In this document: one piece after another, positions 11,358 through 23,591 of the stretch
How the letters are laid out: each line of letters begins with the position of its first letter
Position numbering within the stretch: the first letter of the stretch is position 1
NCBI GenBank assembly: GCA_043228905.1
Contig: JBHGNT010000014.1
Coordinates: forward strand, 5,146,001 to 5,210,000
DNA: 64,000 nt
DNA from: Azolla caroliniana
Lineage: Eukaryota; Plantae; Polypodiophyta
Direction of reading: 5' to 3'
Program-made: the position numbers and the translations under genes
The notes under the pieces: generated by a model
Told to the model about the DNA's origin: nothing
Databases searched by the model: none
What the model saw: the letters and a program-made list of their open reading frames with translations, nothing else

Positions 11358-13620
11358 TTTCTAACTGCAAAATTACTGCCGAAATCTGAAAACTGTGTCC
11401 CCCGATTATTACATCCAGTTGTCGAAGCAAACCAATCGGTCGTACCGTACTTGTATCTGCCATTCGTAACCAAAACGGACATGCTTCCCATTCCGTGATT
11501 CCTAGTTTTTCACATGTAGCTTTGTTAATCACATTAACTCCCGAGCCTCCATCTATAATCACATTTCCGATTTCTTGCCCGTAAAGTATTACCTTAATCG
11601 ACGGGTTATGTTCATCCATGATCGAAGGGTTATTACTTGGCTGATTGTAGTGTACTGCTATTTGTTCGGAACCTTTATATGCAATTAATGCTGCCACTTT
11701 TTCTGTAAACCTTGGTACTAACTTAAGTAAGCCCGTAAGTGGCAATGACACTTGGCAATCAGCCAACAGTTTCCAAGTTTCTTCCTGTTCCTTATTCCCC
11801 AATGACTGTTGTACAGCGATGTTCTGGTCAATGTTATTGTCTTGTAACATTCGATTCACATTACTTTGATTTGCTTCGTCAACCCATTCTTTTGCCGCCT
11901 TCCGAACTTCTTCCTGAATTTCCCACTCTGATTGTTTGCTTTTGCTGCGTGTCGTTACTTGCTGAACTTCCGGTATTACCATATTAACTGCTGGACCCTT
12001 TCCTTTAACCGGACATTGATTAGCATAATGGCCTAGTTGTCGACAAATATAACAAGTGGGTACAAATGTTCCACCGGTCTCTCCATGTGCAAATTGGTCG
12101 TTATTAAATTGTTGCTCTTCATTACCACTCGGGTTTTGTTGGAATTGACGTGTAGCTTTTGGTTTGTAAAATTTCTTATTTTTATACCGATTCTTCCTAA
12201 ATTGTTCGGTATTATCATTTGGTTGTGCTACATTTTGTGTTATCCCGAACTCCTGATTTGGCGGAAAATTATTCTATTGAAACATTTGATTATTTTGTGG
12301 AAAGGTTTGAGTATTATGTTGAAAGGACATATTACCCGGTTGCAATGCCGGATTCGGTTGAAATGCAGAATTCGGTTGCACATTCGGACAGTTCTGTTGA
12401 AACCCTTGAAATGGTGGGTTACCTTGTTGGAAACTTTGATTATTTTGTTGAAAATATTGATTCGGATTCTGTACGAATGGTGGGTTGGATTGAGCAAAAC
12501 CTGGTTGAAATGCTTGAGTCACTTGAGTGGGTTGCATATTTTGTTGTGAAAAGATCTGATTTGGCTGTAGAACCGGATTTTGTTGAAAAGTTGGATTTTG
12601 TTGTACATTTTGCTGATTTTGTGAAAAATTATTATTTTGATAACCATTGAACAGATTAGTGTTATTTTGGTAACCATTGTCAGTAAAAATTTGTCGTACT
12701 GACGCCGTAGTTTTATTAAGCAGATTATATTCACATTGTTCTACTGAATGTAATTTTGAATGACATATTGTACAATGTGTTCTTAACGTACATTCAATTG
12801 CCGAATGCCCCGTATTTAAACAAGTGGTGCATTGAACTGCTTGACGAAATTGTAACTCCTCTATTGTTGGTAATGTACGTTGTAATGCCGACATGTCCAT
12901 ACTCTGAACATTGACCGGTGGTCAACCCATTTCTATTGCTTTATCAATTACTTGTTCGATAGTCTGATTTCGAAAATCGAACACTTTCAATGTCGTCCTT
13001 AATGGTTCTTTTACAGCTTCTAGAAAGACTTCTTTTAATTCATTATCCGGAATCGGCCTTGAAATCTGAAGCTGTAAGTTCTGAAATCGTATCACAAACT
13101 GAGATACTGTTTCATTTTTTTCTTGATATAACGCATAAAATTGCGCAATCAAATCCTTCTGCGGAATTTGTTGATGAAATAATTGTAAAAATTTACTAGT
13201 TAACACTTCAAAGGATGGAAATCCTTGAAGACCATTCTGCGCAAACCAATTGGCGGAATATCCGTCTAATGATAAGACGAACTCAGCGATTTTTGACTTA
13301 TCTTCGGCATCTGCCGACAATCGCTGAGCTCCATGGTTAATCTCCCATGTCGTTAAGAAATCCCTAACATGTGCTTCCGCATCTGTTCCTTCCCGGAACT
13401 TAGAATAAGTATAAGGCATATCGTCCCAAATGTCGTAAAACGATACCTCTTCCGTCTGTTTTTCATCTTAAGGTAATTGATCGGATAAGTCAGGAAGTTT
13501 CGACCACTTTGTGCTTGATTCCGGCTGTTCTTGCGCAATGAAAGCTTCCTGCACTGCCTTCGTAACTGACCTTGTACGAGGGCGCTTACAACCGACCGGT
13601 GTCTCCTCTTCATACGACAT
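11358..13620 (-). pseudogene. gag: Gypsy A gag and protease; single frame with in-frame stops at 12922-12924 (TGA) and 12274-12276 (TAG); start approximate
   Basis: ORFs 12922-13419, 12274-12900 and 11272-11982 are in one frame. There are three CCHC knuckles and DGGSGVN. Removing B and one TSD copy rejoins LQLE-TQGAYPLLLGRPW. Confidence 0.88.
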
Positions 13621-13655
13621 CCATTCGATTTGTTCTCTGCTTAATCGTAGATGTA

Positions 13656-13668
13656 ACCGGGCGTGCCA
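13656..13668 (-). promoter_or_regulatory. PBS of Gypsy A (tRNA-Arg, UCU-type)
   Basis: Minus strand TGGCACGCCCGGT, 11 nt after the LTR end. Confidence 0.8.
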
Positions 13669-13679
13669 AATTTCTTCTG

Positions 13680-14135
13680 TGTTAATCGGCTAATTACTAA
13701 CTACTACCGATACAGAAGAGTGAACGTCGCTACTCCACGTTCTAACAAGGAATTGTGTTTTACGAACGGAAATATACTATATTAATCGGTAATTACCGTG
13801 ATCGTTACTTAGTTATAAAGTAGGAAGATTACACTTAACAACATAGACAATAGAAAGAACACAGAATCCGTACACGATATTCCTAACTTAAACTTATATT
13901 CCAAAATAAACGACCTTTCTTACAATGCCTTCGGTTCCCTTTTATAGGTATACCGAAGGTCTTTTCTCATCAAGAACTATTCCTACTTACTATCAAGAAT
14001 TACAAAATTATCTAACTAACTTAGTTCTCTTCGTTCACTGCTGAGTCATTGATCCGAACAGTCGATCCGAACCGACTCCGTTTTCGACGCTTTCCCACTT
14101 GTTCGGTAAAACTGACTGTCCGGGTCCGGGTAACA
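13680..14135 (-). repeat. Gypsy A 5' LTR (~456 bp)
   Basis: Minus strand TGTTACCCGG...GATTAACA, the same termini as the LTRs of C; TATAAAAG near 13940. Confidence 0.82.
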
Positions 14136-16932
14136 CCTTTCTTGACAAATTCCTCTGGTTGTTGCATGTAGATCTCTTCTTCGAGGTCACCATGCAGGAA
14201 TGCCATCTTCACGTCTAGCTACTCGACCTCGAGGTCCATGCTTGCCACAATGCTCAACACAGTCCAAATGGATGTCATCTTTACTACCAGGGTAAAGATC
14301 TCATCGAAATCCACTCCTTTCTTCTGTTGGAAGCCCTTCACCACAATGCGAGCCTTATACCTTGGTGGATTTCTGGCGTCTCCTGGTTTCAACTTGTACA
14401 CCCACTTGTTCCGGATTGCTCTCCTTCCTTTTGGCAACTCCCTCAGTTCATATGTGTGGTTCTCATGTAGGGAATCCATCTCATCCTACATGGCACTTAA
14501 CCACTTGCGGTTGTGGATATCCTTTTTTGCTTCTTCGAAGCTTTTTGGTTCCCCCTTGTCGGCTAATAAAACGTGTTTTGCATCCGGAAATCTCTGAGGG
14601 GCCTTTCTCTCTCTAAGAGGATATCTCCATCCTTGGTTTTCGACCACCAGCTCCTCCGTTAGTTTTTCATCGGAATCCGATTCGGGGTCTTGTCCAGTTT
14701 CGGTGTCCGATTCTTCTTCGGTCAGTTTGGTTCTTTGTCCGAATCCGGTCGGTTCATCATGGTCTTCGGCTGACATCTGGCTTCCAACCGGATGTGTCCT
14801 TGCATCTTCCAACTGATTTTTGTCAGTCGACCCGGAGTCCACTATCTTCTTCTCTGACTCCCAGTCGGCAATGGTCTTGTCTTCCATGAAGACTATGTCT
14901 CAACCCGGAAGACCTTTTTGTCGACCAAGTCCCACACTCGGTAGCCGAATTCATCATAACCGTATCCAAGGAATATGCATGGTTGGGACTTCGGATCCAA
15001 TTTCGCCTCTTGTCCTTTGCAACATGCACATAGGTGAGATAGTTGAGCACCTTTAGATATCGGTAAGACATGTCTTTATTGGTCCATACTCTCTGTGGTG
15101 TGTCCCCGTCCAAGGGCACTCAGGGTGATCTGTTTATCACATAGGTCCCCTTCATCAGCGCCTCAACCCCAAATGTCTTGGACAACTTAGCCTGTGTCAA
15201 CATGCTCCGGACTCTCTCCATCACAGTCTGGTTCATCCTTTCAACCAATCCGTTCAACTCCGGTGTCTTTGGCACGGTAAATTCAAGCCAGATTTCCTTC
15301 AACTAGTAGTACTCCTCAAACTACCCCCGGTATTCACCTCCGTTGTCCGCTCGGACCACCTTCAGCTTCCGGTCGATTTCTCTTTCCACTCTCGCATGGA
15401 ATTCCTTGAATACGGATAATACCTGGTCCTTCGTCTTTAGTGGTGAGACCCACAACTTCCAGTTGTGGTCATCTATGAACTTCACGAAGAACTGTGATCC
15501 GGCATGTGATGTCATCTCCACTTGGCATACATTGGTATGTGCAAGTTCCAACAGTGCATTCCGTCTCGACGGTGGTTGGGTTTGGAAGGAGGTTCGGTTC
15601 TGCTTTTCGGCCAAATAATCAGTGCACTTCTCAAGTTGCACGTCTTTCACCTCCAAAATGAGGTTATCTTTGGCAAGTTTACGCATCCCTTTCTGGCTCA
15701 CGTGGCACAACCTCTTGTGCCACAGCTCACCGACATTATCGGATGCGACGTTCACTTCTTCCAGGCATATTCGGGCATGCACCAGGTACAATGTGTTGAT
15801 CTTCTGGGCTCGAGCCACAAACAGGCTTCCTTTCAAAACTTCATGATGCTACCTTGTGTAGCCTTCATCATCTAACCGACTAGCTGATATCAGGTTCAAC
15901 CGAACCTCTGGAACATGTCGTACATCTTTCAATAGTAGCTTGCACCCGGTTGATGTCATCAAACACACATCTCCTATGTTGACAATTCGGCATGCACCTT
16001 CATTTCCCATCCGGACACAACCGTGACCTCCGGTTCTATAGGATGTGAAGCATTTCTAGTCGGGGGTCAAATGGAACAACGCTCCGGAGTCAACCACCCA
16101 TGTCGTCTCGTCATTGACAAGATGGGGCTCATTTTCCTTAGTGATGAGCAGTAGTTCTTCTTCGCTTGTCGCGATTGTCGTTGCTCCTTTCCGATCCGAA
16201 CTTCTCCGGTCTAGACCCTTCTTCGAGTCGCCATTTTCGGTTCCCTTCTCCTTTGAGAAGTGTCAGTAATTTTTCTAGAAATGCCCCGGCTTTCCACAAT
16301 AAAAGCAAGTGGGCCTCCCCCTTGACTTCGACCTCATCCCCGATTTGTCCCGGTTCTAGGGACTCCGATTCCAGCCTCTTCCCCAGTTGTGGTCGTCTTT
16401 CGTAGTCGAGGCCTTGGTTCCGGACTCCCGGTCCTTCTGGCAAACTTCTTCATCTAGCAAGCTTGATTTCACCCTTGCTACGGATAAGTGTTTCCCTTCC
16501 AGCCCGGCATTGCCCAAAGTGACAATTAGCGTCTCCCAACTATCCGGGAGGGAATCGAGCAAAAACAACATGAGTACCTCATCGGCTAGAGGTACTTCCA
16601 ACAAGGTTGTTTGGTTTATTAGCCCTTGGAAGGCATTCATGTGCTCTACCATACTAGATCCATCTTGGTATCGGAGTCTCACTAACTTCCGGAATACTGA
16701 GACCCGATTCACAACATTTTTACTCTCTAGCATGGTACCGATTTTCTCCCAAAACACATGAGCCTTACTTTCTTCGTTGAAGTTGTTGTACAGGCTCATG
16801 TCAATGAAGCATCTTATGTATGTCGTTGTCTTCATATGCATCACCTCCCAAGTCACGGCATCTATCTTGACCGGTCTTTTGTGTCAAAATTGTACCGATA
16901 GCCAGAGATCTTTGACCATTAACATCTCCCTC

Positions 16933-17369
16933 TGTTACCCGGCCGGCAAAGGAGCAAAGACCAGAATGTGAAAGGGATGGTTATTCGGAATATATTTAAT
17001 TAAGTATATAGATTATACTTATGTAGTGAATGGACGGACCGGAATCGGTATGCCGATCCGGATCCGGACCGATTCCGAACAGGTGCCGGTTGGCACCGTT
17101 TTGTACGTAGCACCGGTGACCTATATAAAGGCCCGGTTACAATGTATAACTTTAACAGAGAATTAATATAAGCTTCTTGTTTTATCTTCATGTATTGATT
17201 GCCGTTCTGAATTAATTGTTATATCTTACGCGTGGATGCCTTATTGCTAAGTAGTTAATTAAGTCGAAGTAATCGTTGTGTCTTAAATTATCTTGCCGTA
17301 ACACCCTTTGGTGAAGTGTCTTCCGGAGACACCCTGTGTTAGGCCATTGTCCGGCCCTAAGGATAAACA
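16933..17369 (+). repeat. Gypsy C 5' LTR
   Basis: Direct repeat of 26648-27094 with scattered substitutions and a ~9-bp indel; TATATAAA near 17121. Confidence 0.95.
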
Positions 17370-17376
17370 TAATTTT

Positions 17377-17386
17377 TGGCGACCAC
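17377..17386 (+). promoter_or_regulatory. PBS of Gypsy C (tRNA-Arg, UCG-type)
   Basis: TGGCGACCAC, 7 nt after the LTR end; complementary to the recalled plant tRNA-Arg(UCG) 3' end ...GTGGTCGCCA. Confidence 0.72.
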
Positions 17387-17420
17387 GATTCCTTCACAAT
17401 CGTAGCGAACAGCGACGGGA

Positions 17421-20400
17421 ATGGATGACGCGACCAACGAACGACCCGGTTACGGAGCAAGCAAGGCGACTTGCTGAACGGCTGAGGAAGCGAGAGGCTT
17501 TCCAGCAAGTGGTAGAAGAAATCAGAGCGGATCACTCATTTTCGAAAGTGATCCGGAGAGAGGCCAAGGAATCACTTCGGCTACCACGCCTACCCGGACG
17601 AAGGAAGCAGCCTAAGCAGCCTCCGGAAAGCAAAATCCCTTCTCCAGGCATTGGCAGCGGGGGAAGGCGAATCCGAAGCATTTTCGGCATTTGAATCAGG
17701 TTCGGACAGGGAATACAGCGCGCAGACGAATTACCGCAGCAGTAACGACACCCCAGGCGGACCAGAGGACAGCAGCCTAAGCAGCCTCTGGAAAGCAGAA
17801 TCTCTTCTCCAGGCATTGGCAACGGGGGCATGCGAATCCGAAGCATTTTCGGCATTTGAATCAGGTTCGGACAGGGAATACAGCGCGCAGACGAACTACC
17901 GCAGCAGTAACGACACCCCAGGAGGACAGAGGACGAGGAGTCGGATACTTTGCCGACACCAGAGGCCGAATCGACAAGGCTGGAAACTCCGGTACCAAAA
18001 GTCGACCACACTCTGGAACCAGAAGTCGATGACGAGAGACCTCTAACACCGGAAGTCGAGGAGGAGAAGCCTCTGACACCACAAGAGGAGCAGGAAAGAC
18101 CTCTGATGGCGATAGAAGACCTGGGAAAACCTCCGACACCACCAGAGGAGGAACGACCACCGACACCACCAGCCCGTGTACCGACACCGGACGACGATAT
18201 GCCGTTCCAATATCACAGATACCGGGATGATCCGGACGCGGAATCCCACGTCCATGCGTTTCAGCAGACCTGGGAAGCGAACTATGTGTCCCAACGCTTA
18301 AATGCAGCCGAAGAGGAACGCTCAAAACGGGCAGAGTTCGGCATGACCTTGGAGGGACCGGCCGCCAGATGGCACCGAACACAGGATCCCAGCACCATCC
18401 CCACGTTTGAAACATTAAAGACAAAATTCTTGCATTTCTTCCACAAGGAGATGGACCAGCGGGAAATGGTCGGGTTATTTTACAGTATCCAGCAGGAACC
18501 AACGGAGAACATCCAATAGTTTGTCATCCGGTTCCAGCGGATCCACAGTCAGCTCAGCCGGACACCACTAGAGGAAGAAACAAAGGCCATATTCTTAGTA
18601 GCACTCCGGGAACCCTTACAGACGGTGTGCACCATCATCGATTTCCGCACCAGCAGCATAGATCAAGTGATTGACCGAGTTCGGGAAATGGAAAACTCGA
18701 GTTCATGGCTAACCATGGGTGCACTTCAACATACGCTACCGACAGAGGAGGACCTCTATTTCCGACAAGCAGTTCAATGTACGATATGCCTGAATGCCGG
18801 ACATTCGGCACTGGAATGCACTATGTGTTCCCAATGCTTGCTCTGCCACTCCAGAAGTCACACAATGGAACGGTGTGACTATAACTTGTTAAATCGACAA
18901 GCACCACCGGTCCGGCAAATTGAACCACGGAGCAACCGGGAGGAAGAAGAAGAACGTTGGCGGCGAGAGAAGTGCTACCGGCCGGCACAAGATGTCCGGT
19001 ATAGCGACCGAGGAGACGCGTATGACCGATATGATAGACAGAATAGATACCGGGAATATAATGGACGGTATGAAAGATATAACTGGGATCATTCCCCTAG
19101 TTACAACCACCGACGAGATGACTATGGCAAGGATGACGACCAGCCCCGGCAAGGATACCGCAACAAAAATAATTTCAATAAGAAACGTCATTTCAACAAA
19201 AAGGGGGGTCATCCACGAGAACCGGAAAAGGGCGCTCCGAGCAGCCAACCAGACCAAAACCAAGCAGTTACCCCTGGTCCGCCACCAAGCACAGACGCTG
19301 AATCTAGCAACGCCAAGAAGCCGTACTGCTATTATTGTCAACAAGAGGGTCACTATAGTAATCAATGTCTGGCGAAGAGCTACGACAAACGACCAGCGGT
19401 GAACATGGTAGACGCGGAAGTCGCAGACATACAACAGGTCACTACAAGATCAAAAGAGCCACGGAGTGGGAAACTCAAGAAGCTATCCGGAAGCAGGCAA
19501 CCGAATGGGTGAAGAAGGCAAATGAACGGAATGCGGCTGAGCTCGAACACCAAAAGGAGAATGCCGAAGAGCTCACCGGCTCGGGGCAACCCGAAAACCC
19601 AACATGGTAGGCGTTACAAGAATGCCAAATCACGCTACCGTTAGGCAAGCTATTGCAACTAGTACCACGGTTCACGGAAGGACTGAAGACCGGAAGGACG
19701 GCAGCTGACACACCACCGGCTCTGGCATTCTTTTCAAATCTTGAGGAAGGACCGGCAATGGTGGACACAAGCAGTCCAGTAATCACAGCCATCGTGAAGG
19801 GAAAAGAGCTACCCGGCACGATTAATGATGGAGGATCCGGCGTGAACGTGATCAGCCTCCGAACGTGTAACACACTAGGAATCCAGGACTGGGAACCATG
19901 TCCGTTTTGGCTTCGGATGGCGGACACTAGCTCAGTACGGCCGACTGGATTAATACGCAATCTGGAAGTGACCATCGGGGGTCACACATTTCGCATTTCC
20001 GCAGTAGTTCTCCAGCTACAAGCTCAGGGAGCTTACCCACTATTGTTGGGACGGCGATGGTTAAAAACGGGACACATAAAGCAAAACTGGAGGAAGAACA
20101 TAATTACGTTCTGGCGTGGAAAAGCGAAAGTACGAGTACTAACTCAACACGATCCGGTACCAGCAAGGAATCAACGCCGCTATATGCGGAATGTGTTAAC
20201 ATGCTGGAAGGATTGGCGGACGAAGAGGTCGATCAATACTTACAAGAAAATCCAAAGATTGTACCTCTGTTCGAGATTGATGTAGTCGAAGCAATATCAC
20301 CGTACGTACTCCAACCGGACGGGACCGACGAGGAACCGGATAAAGAGGCAATCTGGGAATTACGGCAAGCACAGGAGGCACTGGAAAAAGAAATGGCAGT

Positions 20401-23367
20401 ATCACAGCACGTGAAAGCATCCCAACTAGAAGAGGTAAACCTAGGTACCACAAAGGACACAAGACCAGTGCACATCGCCAAGGAAATGACTTCGGAGAAC
20501 AAAACGGCAATGATCACACTCCTAAAAGAATTCTGTGATGTGTTCGCCTGGTCCTACTAAGACATGTTGGGACTCGATCCTCAGTTATATCAACATCAGA
20601 TACATCTGAGCAAAGACGCCAAACCGGTAGTGCAACGGCGTTACCGGATGAACCTGAATTACGCAGCAAAGGTCAAAGAAGAAATCGACAAGTTGCTGAG
20701 AGTGGGCTTCATCCGACCGGTAAAGAAAGCCACATGGCTCAGCCCGATAGTGGTAGTACCCAAAAAGAACGGTAAGATCAGAGTGTGCGTCGACTACCGG
20801 AAATTGAATGCGGCTACGGTAACAGACGCCTTCCCACTTCCATTCACGGATGGAGTCCTGGATGCGGTCGCCGGTCATAAGGTATACAGTTTTCTGGATG
20901 GTTTCAGTGGCTATAATCAGATCCGGATGCACCCCGCCGACCAGGAGAAAACAGCTTTTGTCACCAAATGGGAGTCTTTGTTGCCGTAGTGATGATGTTC
21001 AGACTGAAAACGGCACCGGCAACCTTCCAACGGATCATCATGGAAATTTTCGGGGAATTCATTCCGGCATTCATGGAGGTGTTTTTGGATGACTTCGTTG
21101 TTTATAGCCAGGAAGGGGATCACCTTCAGCACCTCCTAATATGCCTAGAAAAATGTAGGGTTTACCGACTAAGCCTAAACCCGGCAAAATGTATATTCGG
21201 AGTAACCAACAGAGCGTTACTGGGCCACATAGTGAGCAAGGACGGTATCACAATGGATCCGGACAAAGTAAAAGCAATCCTAGAGGCACCGGCACCAGCC
21301 ACGGCAAAGGCACTAAGCCGGTTCGTAGGACAAATTCGGTGGCATAGCCGAATGCTCCGGTATCTGGCAGACCTGGCTACACCACTACATGCCGCAGTAC
21401 ATCGGACACCGTTCCGATGGACAGACACAGAAGACCAGGCTTACCGAGCACTAAAAGTACTGTTGTCACAAGCGTTGGTGGTGCAACCTTCGGATTGGTC
21501 CAAAGAGTTCCATGTGTTCGTTGACGCGTCCGACATTGCAATCGAGAGCGCACTGATGCAACTGACAGAACCAAAAGGGCACCGACCAGTCTATTATGCC
21601 AGCCGAAAGTTGTCCCAAGCGGAACGTAATTATTCCACGACGGAAAGGGAGGCTTTGGGAATGATCTACAGTGTCACCAAGTTTAGACACTATCTGTTGG
21701 GAAGCAAATTTTCCTTTCACGTAGATCATTCGGTGCTCCTCTATTTGGTGTCCAAAGCATCACTCATCGGTAAGCTGGCCCGGTGGACGTTACTACTGCA
21801 AGAATTCGAGTTCGAGATATTCCACAAACCCGGCATACAGCATGCGGTAGCAGACTATTTAAGCCGGCTAGATTCCAGCGAAACTGGTGACGGAGTCCCA
21901 GACGATTTTCCGGATGTAAAGTTGTTTAGAGTCATAGCATGAACGACAACGGACAGTTCGGTCGCAGAGGAAGACAAGTGGCTCACCAATATGCACCAAT
22001 TTCTGAGCACCGGTTTACCTCCGGAGGAAATGAACAGAGACGAAAGGAAACGCTTAGCGGTTCAAAGCCGGCACTTTTGTCTATTGCAGGATACACTGTA
22101 CCACAAAGGCGCAGATGGCATATGCGGCGTGCAGTGAGCAGTGACGAAAAGGAAATAATATTGTGCGAGGCACACTACGGCGTGGCCGGAGGACATTATG
22201 CCGGAGATGCTACGGCAAGGAAAATATGGCAGAGTGGACTATGGTGGCCAACAACATTGAAAGATGCAGTCTGGTACGCTAAAGAATGCGACCTATGTCA
22301 ACAAATGGGGCAACCAACCGAACAAGCCATAATGCCTCACCAGCCCGTGCTACCGTTAGAACCATTTCAGAAATGGGGGCTAGATTTTGTCGGTCCGTTC
22401 AAACCATCGGCAATGAGAACCGGCAACCGGTACGTGATTGTCATTACGGATTACTGCACGAAATGGGTGGAAGCGAAAGCACTACGCGACAACACCGCAG
22501 CATCCACAGAAAAAAAAATTATATGAATGCATATGGTGCCGATATGGATGTCCGATAGAGCTCATAAGTGACCAAGGTGGGCACTTCTTAGGGCAAGTAG
22601 TGGAAAGTTTGATGATATTTTATGCGGTGGTGTACAAACGAAGCACTCCCTATTATCCGCAAGCCAACAGATTAGCATAGTCAACAAATAAAACACTACA
22701 GAATATCCTGCGGAAAATCGTCAATGAGAACCGGACGGATTGGGATACAAAGCTGCACAGTGCACTCTGGGCCTACCGAACGGCATATAAAACAAGTATC
22801 CGCACAACACCATTCCACTTAGCATTCGGATTAGAAGCAGTGATGCCGGTAGAGTTCCAGGTCCCGAGTTTACGAATACAGATTCGGGAACGCCTAAATG
22901 AGAAGGAATCAGAAGCTATCCGGTTAAACACGTGTGAATTGGAAGAACACCAGCTAGCCAGCATCATGCACCTAGAACTAGAGCAGCGGCGAAGGAAGGC
23001 GTTCGTGGATCGTCACCGAAAAGGGAACGAAAACATGTTCGGCATCGGTAAGCCGGTACTCGTGTTCCAGACCCGGATGGGTAAGATGCCGGGAAAGCTA
23101 CGGTTTCGGTGGACCGGACCATACTGGATTACGCAAGAGTTCAACGGTTCCTACCAATTAGGGACACTCCCCGGCGAGGTTCTGGGTAAATGGGTCAACG
23201 GGTTCCGACTCAAACCATACAATGGACCCATGCCAAGAAACCCATTTGAACAAGTGAAGGGCGACACAGAACCGAACACCGGTAAGTCGGAAGCGCCAGC
23301 AAGCGGTCCAGCGTCCAGCAAGGATCACAATCCGAATAGGGGTCCAGGGGGACCGGTTGCTAATTAG
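17421..23367 (+). pseudogene. gag-pol: Gypsy C gag-pol, broken by stops and frameshifts
   Basis: ORFs 17950-18519, 18625-19512, 19653-20285, 20057-20560, 20564-20989, 20968-21942, 21939-22526 and 22840-23367 carry Gag, CCHC, PR, RT, RH and INT motifs co-linear with A. Confidence 0.93.
17608..17930 (+). repeat. 165-bp tandem duplication at the 5' end of C gag
   Basis: CAGCCTAAGCAGCCTC at 17608 and 17773; ESEAFSAFESGSDREYSAQTNYRSSNDTPGG occurs twice. Confidence 0.88.
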
Positions 23368-23591
23368 CAAAACCATTTATTAAAAAATAAAATAAAATAA
23401 TAATAAAATAATAATAACGAATCAAATCAAATCAAAGTAAATCATGCAAGGGTGAGGGGTGAACGGACACATGCAAAAAGGAGTGAACGGGCACTTTGAA
23501 AAGGTACGTAGTGGGCTATTAATAGGGTATTAACCCGCCGCCACATGGCACGTCATTCTATTTTAGTACACGACGTGCACATGCGTGGGTA

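Larger units (their letters stand above)
1..14135 (-). mobile_element. Ty3/Gypsy LTR retrotransposon 'A' (non-chromovirus, Athila-like/OTA-related); 3' end lies outside the window; interrupted by Copia B
   Basis: On the minus strand: 5' LTR 14135-13680, PBS, gag with CCHC knuckles, protease (IIDGGSGVN), RT (VFLDD), RNase H, integrase (WGLDFVGP) in Gypsy order, then an extra ORF. It is inserted into the RT of Copia D (flank CCTTT 14136-14140). Confidence 0.93.
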
